A stretch of 33,552 bases of DNA from a virus (taxonomy: Duplodnaviria; Caudoviricetes), in IMG/VR virus record IMGVR_UViG_3300033516_000077, positions 1 through 33,552 of that record, one strand, 5' to 3'. The notes under the pieces were generated by a model. It was not told the origin of the DNA, did no database searches, and worked only from the letters and a program-made list of their open reading frames with translations. This document shows, in pieces, positions 25,587 to 33,552 of the stretch. A program made the position numbers and the translations under genes. How positions within the stretch are numbered: the stretch's first letter is position 1; each line of letters starts with the position of its first letter.

Positions 25587-26568
25587 AAACTTCTTTTAAA
25601 TTATTTAAATATTCTGCTGGTATTGTTTCCTCATTTATATAACAAAGGTTAATATTTTGTTTTATATCATTATATAATTGTTGTTTTTGTTCATCTGTTA
25701 TAGATGTTATATTTTTATATAACAAAGTTGCTATTAATAATCTTCGTATAAATTGTTTAGATCCAAAATCAATTTGTTTTGTATATGTTTGTTTATATAA
25801 TCTATATAATCCTTGTACACCAGTTAATCCTATATACTGACCAGTTTTATCTATTTTACCAGCTTTTGTTTTAATTATTCCATTAATATTATATACAGGC
25901 TTACCTATTACTATTTGTTTAAATAAATTAAACTCTGGATTTACTATATTAATTTTTGAATTATTAAATATGTTTTGCAAAGATATAGATATTTTATTTG
26001 TTATCTTTTTACGTTTTATTAATTCATTTAATAATAATGCTGCATAAATATTTCCATTACCTTTAGATTTACCTGCTATATCAACCGAACTGGGGTCTAA
26101 ATAATCATATTTAATATTGATATAGTTTAATCTTGATAATAAAAATTGTCTATAATCTTGGTCAGATGTTATGATTATATTTGAATATCCTATTTTATTA
26201 GATTCTTTACAAATATAATATATCATATCATCTGCTTCTAAAAATGGTACTGTTATAACTTTAACTGATTTATATTTTTCTTGTATTTTAATTATAAATT
26301 CATCAAATTGTTTATATACTAACTTCCAATCTATAGATTTATCTTTTAATCTGTTATCTTTATATTTTGAATAGATATTATATCTGAAATTATTATTTTT
26401 ATCATCATATGCAATTATAAAATTAGCATCTGTAAATTTATTATATAATTTGTCAAATTCAGTCATCATATATATTAATAGATTATCTATGTTAGCACCT
26501 CTACTTGTCAAATAGTAAAGATTCTTGTACATAAAAAAGTAACCATCTATTAAAATATTTAATTTCAT
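25555..26568 (-). CDS. 5'-3' exonuclease / flap endonuclease (Pol I N-terminal, T4 RNase H, T5 D15 family)
   Basis: ILIDG, AYD, FR..IY..YK.NR, EADDMI and SDQDY acidic motifs. Confidence 0.85.
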   Translation of the reverse strand: MKLNILIDGYFFMYKNLYYLTSRGANIDNLLIYMMTEFDKLYNKFTDANFIIAYDDKNNNFRYNIYSKYKDNRLKDKSIDWKLVYKQFDEFIIKIQEKYKSVKVITVPFLEADDMIYYICKESNKIGYSNIIITSDQDYRQFLLSRLNYINIKYDYLDPSSVDIAGKSKGNGNIYAALLLNELIKRKKITNKISISLQNIFNNSKINIVNPEFNLFKQIVIGKPVYNINGIIKTKAGKIDKTGQYIGLTGVQGLYRLYKQTYTKQIDFGSKQFIRRLLIATLLYKNITSITDEQKQQLYNDIKQNINLCYINEETIPAEYLNNLKEVYENTIKEISK

Positions 26569-26569
26569 A

Positions 26570-27736
26570 TTATTCTGTTAAATCTAATGTTATGTCTGAA
26601 AATGTAACTCCATATCTAGTAGTAAGATAATCTTTATCTAATGGATACATAGTATTAAGTTTTTCATCTATTAATATTTGTGCTTCTTTAGATAGTTTAT
26701 CAGTTCTATCAAAATTAAAACAAATATTATTAGGTAATATATTTAATTTTTGAAGTTTTGGTATTACTACATCATTTATTATAAATTCTATATTTCTAAG
26801 ATCAGCTGATATTTCAATTTCTGATTGTTCTGAGTGTACTTCTGATTGACTTCTACTTGATCCATTTGTATTTAACATTGTAACACCTAAAAATAATTTA
26901 GATATTTCATTATCAATCATCTGGATTAATTTATCATACACATTAAATGCATCAGCTTTTTTATTTTCTATAAATTCAATAGATTCTTTTGAATCAATTA
27001 CACCATAAGCAGATTTACCCAAATCTCTAACAAAGTTAAATAGTCGTTGTCTATCTTCTGGAACATTAGATTCAGTCTTAGCTATTCTAATTGGCATTCC
27101 AAATATTTCTGCATATTCAGACCAAGCTGCCATTGCACTTCGTTTCCATAAAATTAATGGTGCTGCATTTGATAATATTCCTAAATCTTTTCTATCATAA
27201 AATAATTCAATTAACCAATCTGATAATTCAGAATTATCTAAATAAGATATAGTTGAAAATTGATTATTAACATCTTTCATATATTCAGCAGTTTCAGGAA
27301 TTACATTTACTCTTGGAATCAAACTTACTGCTGTTATATTATTATTAAATACAGATTCTATTTGAAGTAATGAATGTCCATAAAACATACTATCTACTAA
27401 AGTTTCAATTATTTTATAAAAGTATTTTTTATTAATAATTTTAGAAAGTGTAGTATTAATTTCTTGATTTTCATCATAAATATAAAATGTATATTCTAAT
27501 ATCTTTTTACGTTTTAAATCCATTACAGATTTAAGATGACCATCTAATATAATTTCATTATACACTCTATATAATTGTCTTCTATCTGGTTTAGTACCTT
27601 CAACTTGTTCTGCTTGTTTTAAAGCATTTCTAAAAGATTGAATAGATTCTCTGATACGATAATTATTTTTTTCTACTATTTCAGAGGTTATCTTTTTATT
27701 AGGTTGTTTACCAAAATATTTATCTATAATATTCAT
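26570..27736 (-). CDS. Portal protein (DUF935 / Mu gp29-like)
   Basis: DGHL.SV, FYGHSLLQI, W.EYAEIFGMPIRIAK, EISKLFLG.TM and SQSEVH. Confidence 0.9.
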   Translation of the reverse strand: MNIIDKYFGKQPNKKITSEIVEKNNYRIRESIQSFRNALKQAEQVEGTKPDRRQLYRVYNEIILDGHLKSVMDLKRKKILEYTFYIYDENQEINTTLSKIINKKYFYKIIETLVDSMFYGHSLLQIESVFNNNITAVSLIPRVNVIPETAEYMKDVNNQFSTISYLDNSELSDWLIELFYDRKDLGILSNAAPLILWKRSAMAAWSEYAEIFGMPIRIAKTESNVPEDRQRLFNFVRDLGKSAYGVIDSKESIEFIENKKADAFNVYDKLIQMIDNEISKLFLGVTMLNTNGSSRSQSEVHSEQSEIEISADLRNIEFIINDVVIPKLQKLNILPNNICFNFDRTDKLSKEAQILIDEKLNTMYPLDKDYLTTRYGVTFSDITLDLTE

Positions 27737-27750
27737 ATAATTTTATTTTT

Positions 27751-28173
27751 TTAATATGTTAAATCATTATTTAACTTTGGTGAATATCCAAATAAAGATT
27801 CTGAACTTCTACTAAATGGTATTTCATTTTGTGGAATTGGTGGAGTTATTTTACCAGATGCTACTTGCATTAAATATCCAATTGCATCTTTATATAATTG
27901 TTCTCTAATTATAGGTATTGATGTTGGTGTAAGTCTATTATGTAAATAATAAAGTATAATATTAATTACAATATTTTTAATAAAAGGATTTCTATCTGTT
28001 CCTGTTTTACTAAATAATTCAGTTGTATTATATTTATGACCAATCAATGCATCTATTTCAGATTTAGCTAATTCTTCTAATTCATCTAATAATAAATTAT
28101 TATCTTGTGTTAAATCATTTAATAAATTAGATTTAATTAATACTTCTATTTCAGATTTTAATATAAATTTCAT
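27751..28173 (-). CDS. Head-tail connector (DUF1320 / Mu gp36-like)
   Basis: A.SEIDA.I..KY, I.LYYLH.R and YKDAI.YL.QVASGK..P.IP. Confidence 0.8.
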   Translation of the reverse strand: MKFILKSEIEVLIKSNLLNDLTQDNNLLLDELEELAKSEIDALIGHKYNTTELFSKTGTDRNPFIKNIVINIILYYLHNRLTPTSIPIIREQLYKDAIGYLMQVASGKITPPIPQNEIPFSRSSESLFGYSPKLNNDLTY

Positions 28174-28186
28174 ATATATAGTTTTT

Positions 28187-29704
28187 TTAATAATGATTAT
28201 ATTGCAAAGATTCTCTACTTCCAGTCATTGGTTCAAATCTTGATTTTCTAATTGATAAATTTAATTTAACATATGCTGATTGAAGTGCATCAGGACCATC
28301 ATCGTGTTTATTTGTTGGAAATGTTATAATTTGATTATAAAATTCTTTATAGTCTAAACTATACATAATTAGATTATTAATAAATATTTTACCATTTTCA
28401 AATATTACTGACATAGATTCAATTCTAGCAATTTTATTTTCTTTTTTATCTTTATCTTGTCTAATTGGTAGTGCAAATCCTTTTTCTATTGCTATTTTAT
28501 CAAATTCAAGTTGATGTATATCTTGATTAAAATTTGCTTCAATATACATATTATATGCTGAGTTTAATAATTTATCATTTAATTCATAAAGATATTCAAT
28601 AACATCTCTCATAGTACATTGTTTTAAAAATATATCTATTATATGATATTCATTATTTATATATCCTAATGTTATAGCAGATTTATAATCAGCTCCTTTT
28701 TTATAAGATGGATCAATATATGTTACAATATATTCATAATCTTTATAATTATTAATTGGTTTAAAATTTAACCATTCTTCTTTAAATACTGAACCAATAA
28801 TAACTGGAGTATTCATATATTCTCTTAACCAATTAACTTCACCTATTTTAGATTTAATATTTAATAAGTCATTAGTTGAATATCTTTCTTCCCAATTAGA
28901 TTCACCATTTTCATTTATAGCATTTACTTTTATATGTTTTATTCCTTCTACTTTTGAATACAAGTCTAAAATTGAAATTGGTGCAAATCTATTACCAACA
29001 AATAAAAGTTTATATTTTGTTAATTCCATTGACGAAACAACAGATTGCATTAACCAATCAAATTGATATTTTATAATTTCTTTATTTCTACAGTCTTTAT
29101 CTGTATCTATATCATCAATTACAACATAATCAGGTCTATATGATTTATATCTTAAACCTCTGACTGATTGACCTTTTCCTGTTGCAGTAAATTTACATTC
29201 AAAATTATTTACAGTAAATTCACCCTTTGACCAGCTCCCATCACTTTTAAATATTCCAAAATCATCTATTAACTTTTGATTAGTTTCTAATTCAGCCTGT
29301 ATATTGATTAACATTTTAATAGCAGATTTTTCTGTTGATGAAACTAATAATACTAAATGTATTTCTTTTCTAAGCATAAACCATATTGGTAAGAATAAAC
29401 TAAACACAACGGTTTTCCCTGCCCCTCTGAAAAACTCAGCTAATATTTCAATCTTTTTACTTTTTAACTCTTCAACTAATTCTAAATGATGTTTAGCTAA
29501 TGGTATTAAATTACCATCTTCATTTGTTATAAAATGTGTAAAATATGTATTAACAAAATATTGAAAATCAGATAAAGATTTATTAATTCTATCTTTAGAA
29601 TTTTCATCTAATAAAATATTATTATTTATCTTAGAATGTTTTAATAACATACTTTGATAATAATTTTCTCTATCTAATGTATAATATTTATCTTTTTTAA
29701 CCAT
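28187..29704 (-). CDS. terL: Terminase large subunit
   Basis: Walker A (FRGAGKT), RG.R..RPD, Walker B (VVIDD), and nuclease motifs YIDPS and HDDGPDA. Confidence 0.93.
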   Translation of the reverse strand: MVKKDKYYTLDRENYYQSMLLKHSKINNNILLDENSKDRINKSLSDFQYFVNTYFTHFITNEDGNLIPLAKHHLELVEELKSKKIEILAEFFRGAGKTVVFSLFLPIWFMLRKEIHLVLLVSSTEKSAIKMLINIQAELETNQKLIDDFGIFKSDGSWSKGEFTVNNFECKFTATGKGQSVRGLRYKSYRPDYVVIDDIDTDKDCRNKEIIKYQFDWLMQSVVSSMELTKYKLLFVGNRFAPISILDLYSKVEGIKHIKVNAINENGESNWEERYSTNDLLNIKSKIGEVNWLREYMNTPVIIGSVFKEEWLNFKPINNYKDYEYIVTYIDPSYKKGADYKSAITLGYINNEYHIIDIFLKQCTMRDVIEYLYELNDKLLNSAYNMYIEANFNQDIHQLEFDKIAIEKGFALPIRQDKDKKENKIARIESMSVIFENGKIFINNLIMYSLDYKEFYNQIITFPTNKHDDGPDALQSAYVKLNLSIRKSRFEPMTGSRESLQYNHY

Positions 29705-30131
29705 TAATTACTGTTTTTTCAATACTTTTTAAAATATCTAATACTTTTTTATAACTTTCGGGTTCTATATCAGATTCTAATAGTCTTTCTATTATATTAT
29801 CTATTATTGATTTTTTAATTTCTGAAATATTACTGTTAAAATTTATATACATATTGTCAAGTACATATTTAATAGCTAAATAATATCCATCTTTTACTTT
29901 TGTTAATAGTTGTTGTTTAGATTCTGATATTAATTCTTGTGTAAATTCAGATTCTATATCTTTTGATCTTTCATTATATAATTCATTAAAAGCTTTATCT
30001 TCAGATATCCACCTTTTAAATGTACTGTAAGAAATTTTATTATCCTTACATAATTGCATAATAGTAGTATTTCTATCTATTGATGCAATTATATTTTTTA
30101 ATATATTTTCCTTAATTGTAGAATTATTCAT
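29697..30131 (-). CDS. terS: Terminase small subunit (HTH)
   Basis: N-terminal HTH (IMQLCKDNKISYSTFKRWI) and AIKYVL motif. It overlaps the terL start. Confidence 0.7.
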   Translation of the reverse strand: MNNSTIKENILKNIIASIDRNTTIMQLCKDNKISYSTFKRWISEDKAFNELYNERSKDIESEFTQELISESKQQLLTKVKDGYYLAIKYVLDNMYINFNSNISEIKKSIIDNIIERLLESDIEPESYKKVLDILKSIEKTVING

Positions 30132-30148
30132 ATTTTTTTTTAGCTTTA

Positions 30149-30181
30149 TACCTATTACACACAGAATTAGATATAAAATGC
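30149..30181 (-). promoter_or_regulatory. Putative late promoter, copy 1 (upstream of terS)
   Basis: GCATTT-N13-GTGTGTAATAGGTA, immediately after the stop of the sigma-like gene. Confidence 0.8.
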
Positions 30182-30183
30182 TA

Positions 30184-30699
30184 TTACGTTATTTTAAACA
30201 AAGGTTTTAATCGTTTTCGCATAGTCATCTGAGTTATATTATATTTTTTAGCTAATTCTTTTTGTGAATATTTATTATATATAAAATCATATCCTAATTG
30301 TTTATCATTTTCATTATTAAATACTTCATCTACTAATTCACTTATTAATTCATCATAATTTATATCATCTATTGGAAAATCTAAATCTATAAAACTATTA
30401 CCATATCTATTTTCAGTTCTCATACAGTTTATAAATGTATTTTTAACAATAGTATATATTAGATTTATAATTTTATATGAAGTGTCTATTTTATTTAATA
30501 TTAGATAAAATTTATATACAGATTCATTAGCAATTTCATCTCTTATATCTTCTTGTAATTTTGGTTTAATTTTACGTAATATTAAATTAAATTCAAATAT
30601 AAGTATATCTCTTATATAGATTAAATATTGTTGTTTTGGCTCTATCTTATATAATTCTATATATTTTATTAATAATTCACATTTTTTTTTACTTTCCAT
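30184..30699 (-). CDS. Sigma-70/ECF-like RNA polymerase sigma factor (late gene activator)
   Basis: Region-2-like (DEIANESVYKF..IYTIVKNTFINCMR) and region-4 HTH (YSQKELAKKYNITQMTMRKRL) in 171 aa. Confidence 0.7.
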   Translation of the reverse strand: MESKKKCELLIKYIELYKIEPKQQYLIYIRDILIFEFNLILRKIKPKLQEDIRDEIANESVYKFYLILNKIDTSYKIINLIYTIVKNTFINCMRTENRYGNSFIDLDFPIDDINYDELISELVDEVFNNENDKQLGYDFIYNKYSQKELAKKYNITQMTMRKRLKPLFKIT

Positions 30700-30774
30700 T
30701 TTTTTTCTTTTTTATAGATAGATAATAACTTTTTAATATAACCATTAATAGTTTTATTTCTTCTTTTCTCATAA

Positions 30775-30987
30775 TTAATTATAATTTATATATTTGCTTC
30801 TTTTTAAAGTAATATGATTTATAGTATCCTTTAAAGATTCAATTTCTTTATCTTTAAGTTGTATCACATTTTTTAAAAACTCTATTTCAGTTTGATAATA
30901 GATCCTTGTTGAAACCAATCCTTCAAAATCAATTGGACTATCATCTAATTCATCTGCATTGTTAAAAATTTCATCCATATTATTCAT
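30775..30987 (-). CDS. Small coiled-coil hypothetical protein
   Basis: 70-aa ORF with an acidic N-terminus and heptad pattern (EIEFLKNVIQLKDKEIESLKDTI). Confidence 0.65.
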   Translation of the reverse strand: MNNMDEIFNNADELDDSPIDFEGLVSTRIYYQTEIEFLKNVIQLKDKEIESLKDTINHITLKRSKYINYN

Positions 30988-31008
30988 TGTTAAAAATATT
31001 TTATTTTG

Positions 31009-31037
31009 AAAAATAGAAGGAGATTTTAACCTCCTTC
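31009..31037 (-). terminator. Terminator-like hairpin upstream of the sigma operon
   Basis: Minus strand reads GAAGGAGGTTAAAATCTCCTTC followed by TATTTTT. Confidence 0.65.
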
Positions 31038-31065
31038 ATTAAATATATATAATAAAAAAACAAAC

Positions 31066-31524
31066 TTAAACTTTATAAGGTTTACAAAATATTGCTTGGG
31101 CTAATGTTAAAAACCAACAATCTTTTAATACCTTTTCACCATAATGATTAAATCCAGGTGTACTAGTTTTATTCATTAACTTTTTACCTCTACTAACATC
31201 AGATTTACTAAAAACTGTATTTAAATTCCAAATAGCTAATACCCCATCATTAAAATAATTTATATAATAGATATTACTTTTTTTATTATCTTTATTAGTT
31301 TCTTTTTGCTTTTTAATTAATGATTCTAATTTATCATTTTCTAATATCCAATCAGGATAATCTGTATGTTTATTATTTCTAGTTTTTAATTCTCCGAGTA
31401 TAATTTCATCTTGACGTTCTATAAACAAGTCATTAATATCAAATTCACCTGTTAAATATTCTTTTGATTTAAATAGTTTAGTAAGAATCTTTTCTTCTAA
31501 TATTTTATTTTGTTCTTTTGTCAT
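31066..31524 (-). CDS. PD-(D/E)XK-family nuclease-like protein
   Basis: FDINDL..GELKTR..Y.DWILE.DK..YYINY pattern. Confidence 0.6.
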   Translation of the reverse strand: MTKEQNKILEEKILTKLFKSKEYLTGEFDINDLFIERQDEIILGELKTRNNKHTDYPDWILENDKLESLIKKQKETNKDNKKSNIYYINYFNDGVLAIWNLNTVFSKSDVSRGKKLMNKTSTPGFNHYGEKVLKDCWFLTLAQAIFCKPYKV

Positions 31525-31525
31525 A

Positions 31526-31702
31526 TTATTTATTTTTTTTATTTAATTCTAATTGTATTCTGTCTGATACATCTTTTCTTCTAATATTAAAATATCTTCT
31601 TAATATACTTCCATATGCACCTATATTCTTTTTATCTTTTTTTACAAAGGCATCAATATATGATGTGATAAATATTTCCTTTTGTTCTTCAAAATTATCC
31701 AT
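31526..31702 (-). CDS. Small basic hypothetical protein (58 aa, below the ORF track cutoff)
   Basis: MDNFEEQKEIFITSYIDAF...LELNKKNK starts 12 nt after the promoter motif and is coupled to the next gene by TAATATG. Confidence 0.65.
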   Translation of the reverse strand: MDNFEEQKEIFITSYIDAFVKKDKKNIGAYGSILRRYFNIRRKDVSDRIQLELNKKNK

Positions 31703-31714
31703 AGTTTATTTTAT

Positions 31715-31735
31715 TTTATATATATTATATATTTA
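31715..31735 (-). promoter_or_regulatory. Putative leftward early promoter
   Basis: TAAATATATAATATATATAAA on the minus strand is an exact inverted copy of 32051-32071. Confidence 0.6.
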
Positions 31736-32050
31736 TATGAATTATTTTTTTTATATTTTTAGTCTTTTGTAAATAGTTGGGTTTCAAATTGGTGCGAAAT
31801 ATAAAAAAATATGAGTTTTTAAAAATTACTTTTGGTGGATTATTTTTAACTTTTTTACAAACTTTTTTAAATTAAAATCGTTTAATTATAGTAACTTTTT
31901 ATTTATTGATATAAACCTTGAAGTTTTTACTTTGGGGTTTACTTTTATAAAAAATGACGTGATTTGAGTGTAAAGAATATAGTACTTTATATAACTAATT
32001 GATAGTTAATAAATTATAAAGCTAAAAAGTTGTAAAAAGTTAAAAACGAT

Positions 32051-32071
32051 TAAATATATAATATATATAAA
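32051..32071 (+). promoter_or_regulatory. Putative rightward early promoter
   Basis: TAAATATATAATATATATAAA ends 13 nt before the ATG at 32085 and shares the core AATATATAATATA with 79-101 and 2528-2550. Confidence 0.6.
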
Positions 32072-32084
32072 TAAAAATAACAAA

Positions 32085-32522
32085 ATGACAGTCAATGATT
32101 TTATCAAAGCAAATCCACAATTTAAAAAATATAAATGTGGATATATTTTAAAAAGTAATAATGAAAAGATTTATTATAGAACAGTTAAAGATAATAAATT
32201 ACATATAAATCTTAAATATTATATAATGGATGTTAATACAGATGAAGTAGTTAATAGTGGAGCTACTTATTATGAATACAATACAAATGAAATAATTATA
32301 GAAACCCCAATTATTAAAAAAGATTTAGATATAAATGTAAAAGAAGTTAAAACAAAAATTAAATTATTAAAGTCAAATGCAGATTTATTATATAAAAAAG
32401 ATGGAGAATCAGTAACTCAAGAATGGTGTAATGCGTATTATGAATATGATACATTTCATAAAAAAATAGTAGGTTTATATAAAGAATCTAATAATAATAT
32501 ACCAAGTTGGTTAAAAAAATAA
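32085..32522 (+). CDS. Hypothetical protein
   Basis: 145-aa ORF with an AACAAAATG start context. Confidence 0.75.
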   Translation: MTVNDFIKANPQFKKYKCGYILKSNNEKIYYRTVKDNKLHINLKYYIMDVNTDEVVNSGATYYEYNTNEIIIETPIIKKDLDINVKEVKTKIKLLKSNADLLYKKDGESVTQEWCNAYYEYDTFHKKIVGLYKESNNNIPSWLKK

Positions 32523-32576
32523 GCGAATATATTAAAAATATAGAATTATAAAATAAATAAATAAATAAATAAGATT

Positions 32577-33116
32577 ATGAGAATATTAGAAAATATAAAA
32601 AGATTTTGGAATTTAGATGTAGTTGATATAAGTTGTATTGTACCTTATTATCAAGATAATTGTCTTTATAATAAAGAATATAAAATTGATATAAGATCTT
32701 GGTTCTATGAAAAATTAAAAGAAAGTAAATTTACAACATTAATAGATAAAATGGTACTTTATGATAATCATTATAATTGTTCTTTTAAACTTCCTTTATA
32801 TGATTCTGAAGATATTGAATATATAAATAAAGTAATAGATAACTCTATATGTAAAATATTAAATTTAACTGATAAAAATAGAAAAAGAATAGAATCTATT
32901 CCTGTTGAGAATTATGATGTAAATATTTCAAATAAAAGCATCAAAGAATTAAAAGATCAATTTTTTCATAATTATATAGATATTATAGAATATTCAAATA
33001 TTGATAATCTAGTTTCTAATATAAATGAATCATTTTGGATTGGATTTAAACCTATTATTATTAAAAAGTTTAAAAATACAAATATACTTATATATAAAAT
33101 TGATTATGAATCATAA
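32577..33116 (+). CDS. Hypothetical protein
   Basis: 179-aa ORF in an operon. Confidence 0.75.
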   Translation: MRILENIKRFWNLDVVDISCIVPYYQDNCLYNKEYKIDIRSWFYEKLKESKFTTLIDKMVLYDNHYNCSFKLPLYDSEDIEYINKVIDNSICKILNLTDKNRKRIESIPVENYDVNISNKSIKELKDQFFHNYIDIIEYSNIDNLVSNINESFWIGFKPIIIKKFKNTNILIYKIDYES

Positions 33117-33133
33117 ATAAATAAATAAATAAA

Positions 33134-33436
33134 ATGGAAATATTAGAATTATTAAATGAGAGTGATACCTTTTCATATATTAGAAAAGAAGTTAGTAAGC
33201 ACAAAGATTATCCTACATCTATGATATATCAAAAATGTGTATTTGTATGTGCAATTGAGCCAATTAATATCAAATATGATATACTGTTTGGATCTGATAT
33301 TGAACTTGTTAGAACTAAAATAGCTAACCAAGTTATTGATAAATTAAAAGAATTAGATGTACATTTTATGCTTAGTAAAATGGAATTTGGACTAACTGGA
33401 TTTCAATGTGAATACTTAAGAAAAATAAATAAATAA
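33134..33436 (+). CDS. Hypothetical protein
   Basis: 100-aa ORF in an operon, reading into the terminal overlap. Confidence 0.7.
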   Translation: MEILELLNESDTFSYIRKEVSKHKDYPTSMIYQKCVFVCAIEPINIKYDILFGSDIELVRTKIANQVIDKLKELDVHFMLSKMEFGLTGFQCEYLRKINK

Positions 33437-33552
33437 TATGAAAATAATAATAATATAAATAAATAAATAAAAGTTGATAAAAAATAAATATTTTTTGAAT
33501 ATATAATATAAAGTAACAGGAGTAGCTACCTGTGAAAATTGAAATTGGTGGG
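33412..33552. repeat. Terminal direct repeat, right copy (circular assembly overlap)
   Basis: Identical to 1-141. Confidence 0.95.

Noticed and set aside
2637-31772. Antisense ORFs in the track (2637..2819, 2868..3059, 2873..3055, 9381..9791, 9997..10194, 12127..12687, 17608..17937, 20684..20881, 29304..29489, 31518..31772)
   Set aside because: They lie opposite better-supported genes, often begin at non-ATG codons, and have the I/L/F/S-rich composition typical of shadow frames.
32545-33133. (TAAA)n runs as a CRISPR array or iterons
   Set aside because: These are short low-complexity tracts directly before start codons, consistent with A-rich translation initiation regions. There are no spacers. 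No CRISPR array, tRNA or rRNA was recognised anywhere in the window.
224-33436. Genome-wide TGA reassignment (genetic code 4 or 25)
   Set aside because: All other genes are intact under code 11 and use TGG for Trp despite extreme AT bias. Only one in-frame TGA was found.

Overview
The window is a complete, circularly assembled genome of a very AT-rich (roughly 20-25% GC by eye) contractile-tailed phage. It is 33,411 bp after removing the 141-bp overlap (1..141 = 33412..33552). The host is probably in the Bacteroidota: gene starts lack Shine-Dalgarno motifs, and the structural proteins resemble those of Bacteroidota Mu-like myophages. A minus-strand block (about 4.1-30.1 kb) encodes terminase, portal, protease/scaffold, capsid, sheath, tubes, chaperone, tape measure, baseplate, fibres and a likely holin. 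I see no Mu transposase, integrase, repressor, helicase or ParA. Replication appears to rest on a single compact PolA-superfamily polymerase (TV-Pol-like), with a 5'-3' exonuclease sitting inside the head operon. The most notable signals are: (1) systematic doubling of tail parts, namely two tubes, a tandem-domain chaperone, two fibre paralogues and two spikes, one carrying a ~320-aa insert; (2) a phage sigma factor with three identically spaced candidate promoters, one lying between the two spike genes; (3) the only lysin candidate, an NlpC/P60 protein, split by the only TGA among the accepted genes; (4) an early prohead-protease paralogue lacking the catalytic His; (5) a structured, attenuator-like leader before the polymerase. 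All protein assignments come from motif recognition and gene order, not database searches.
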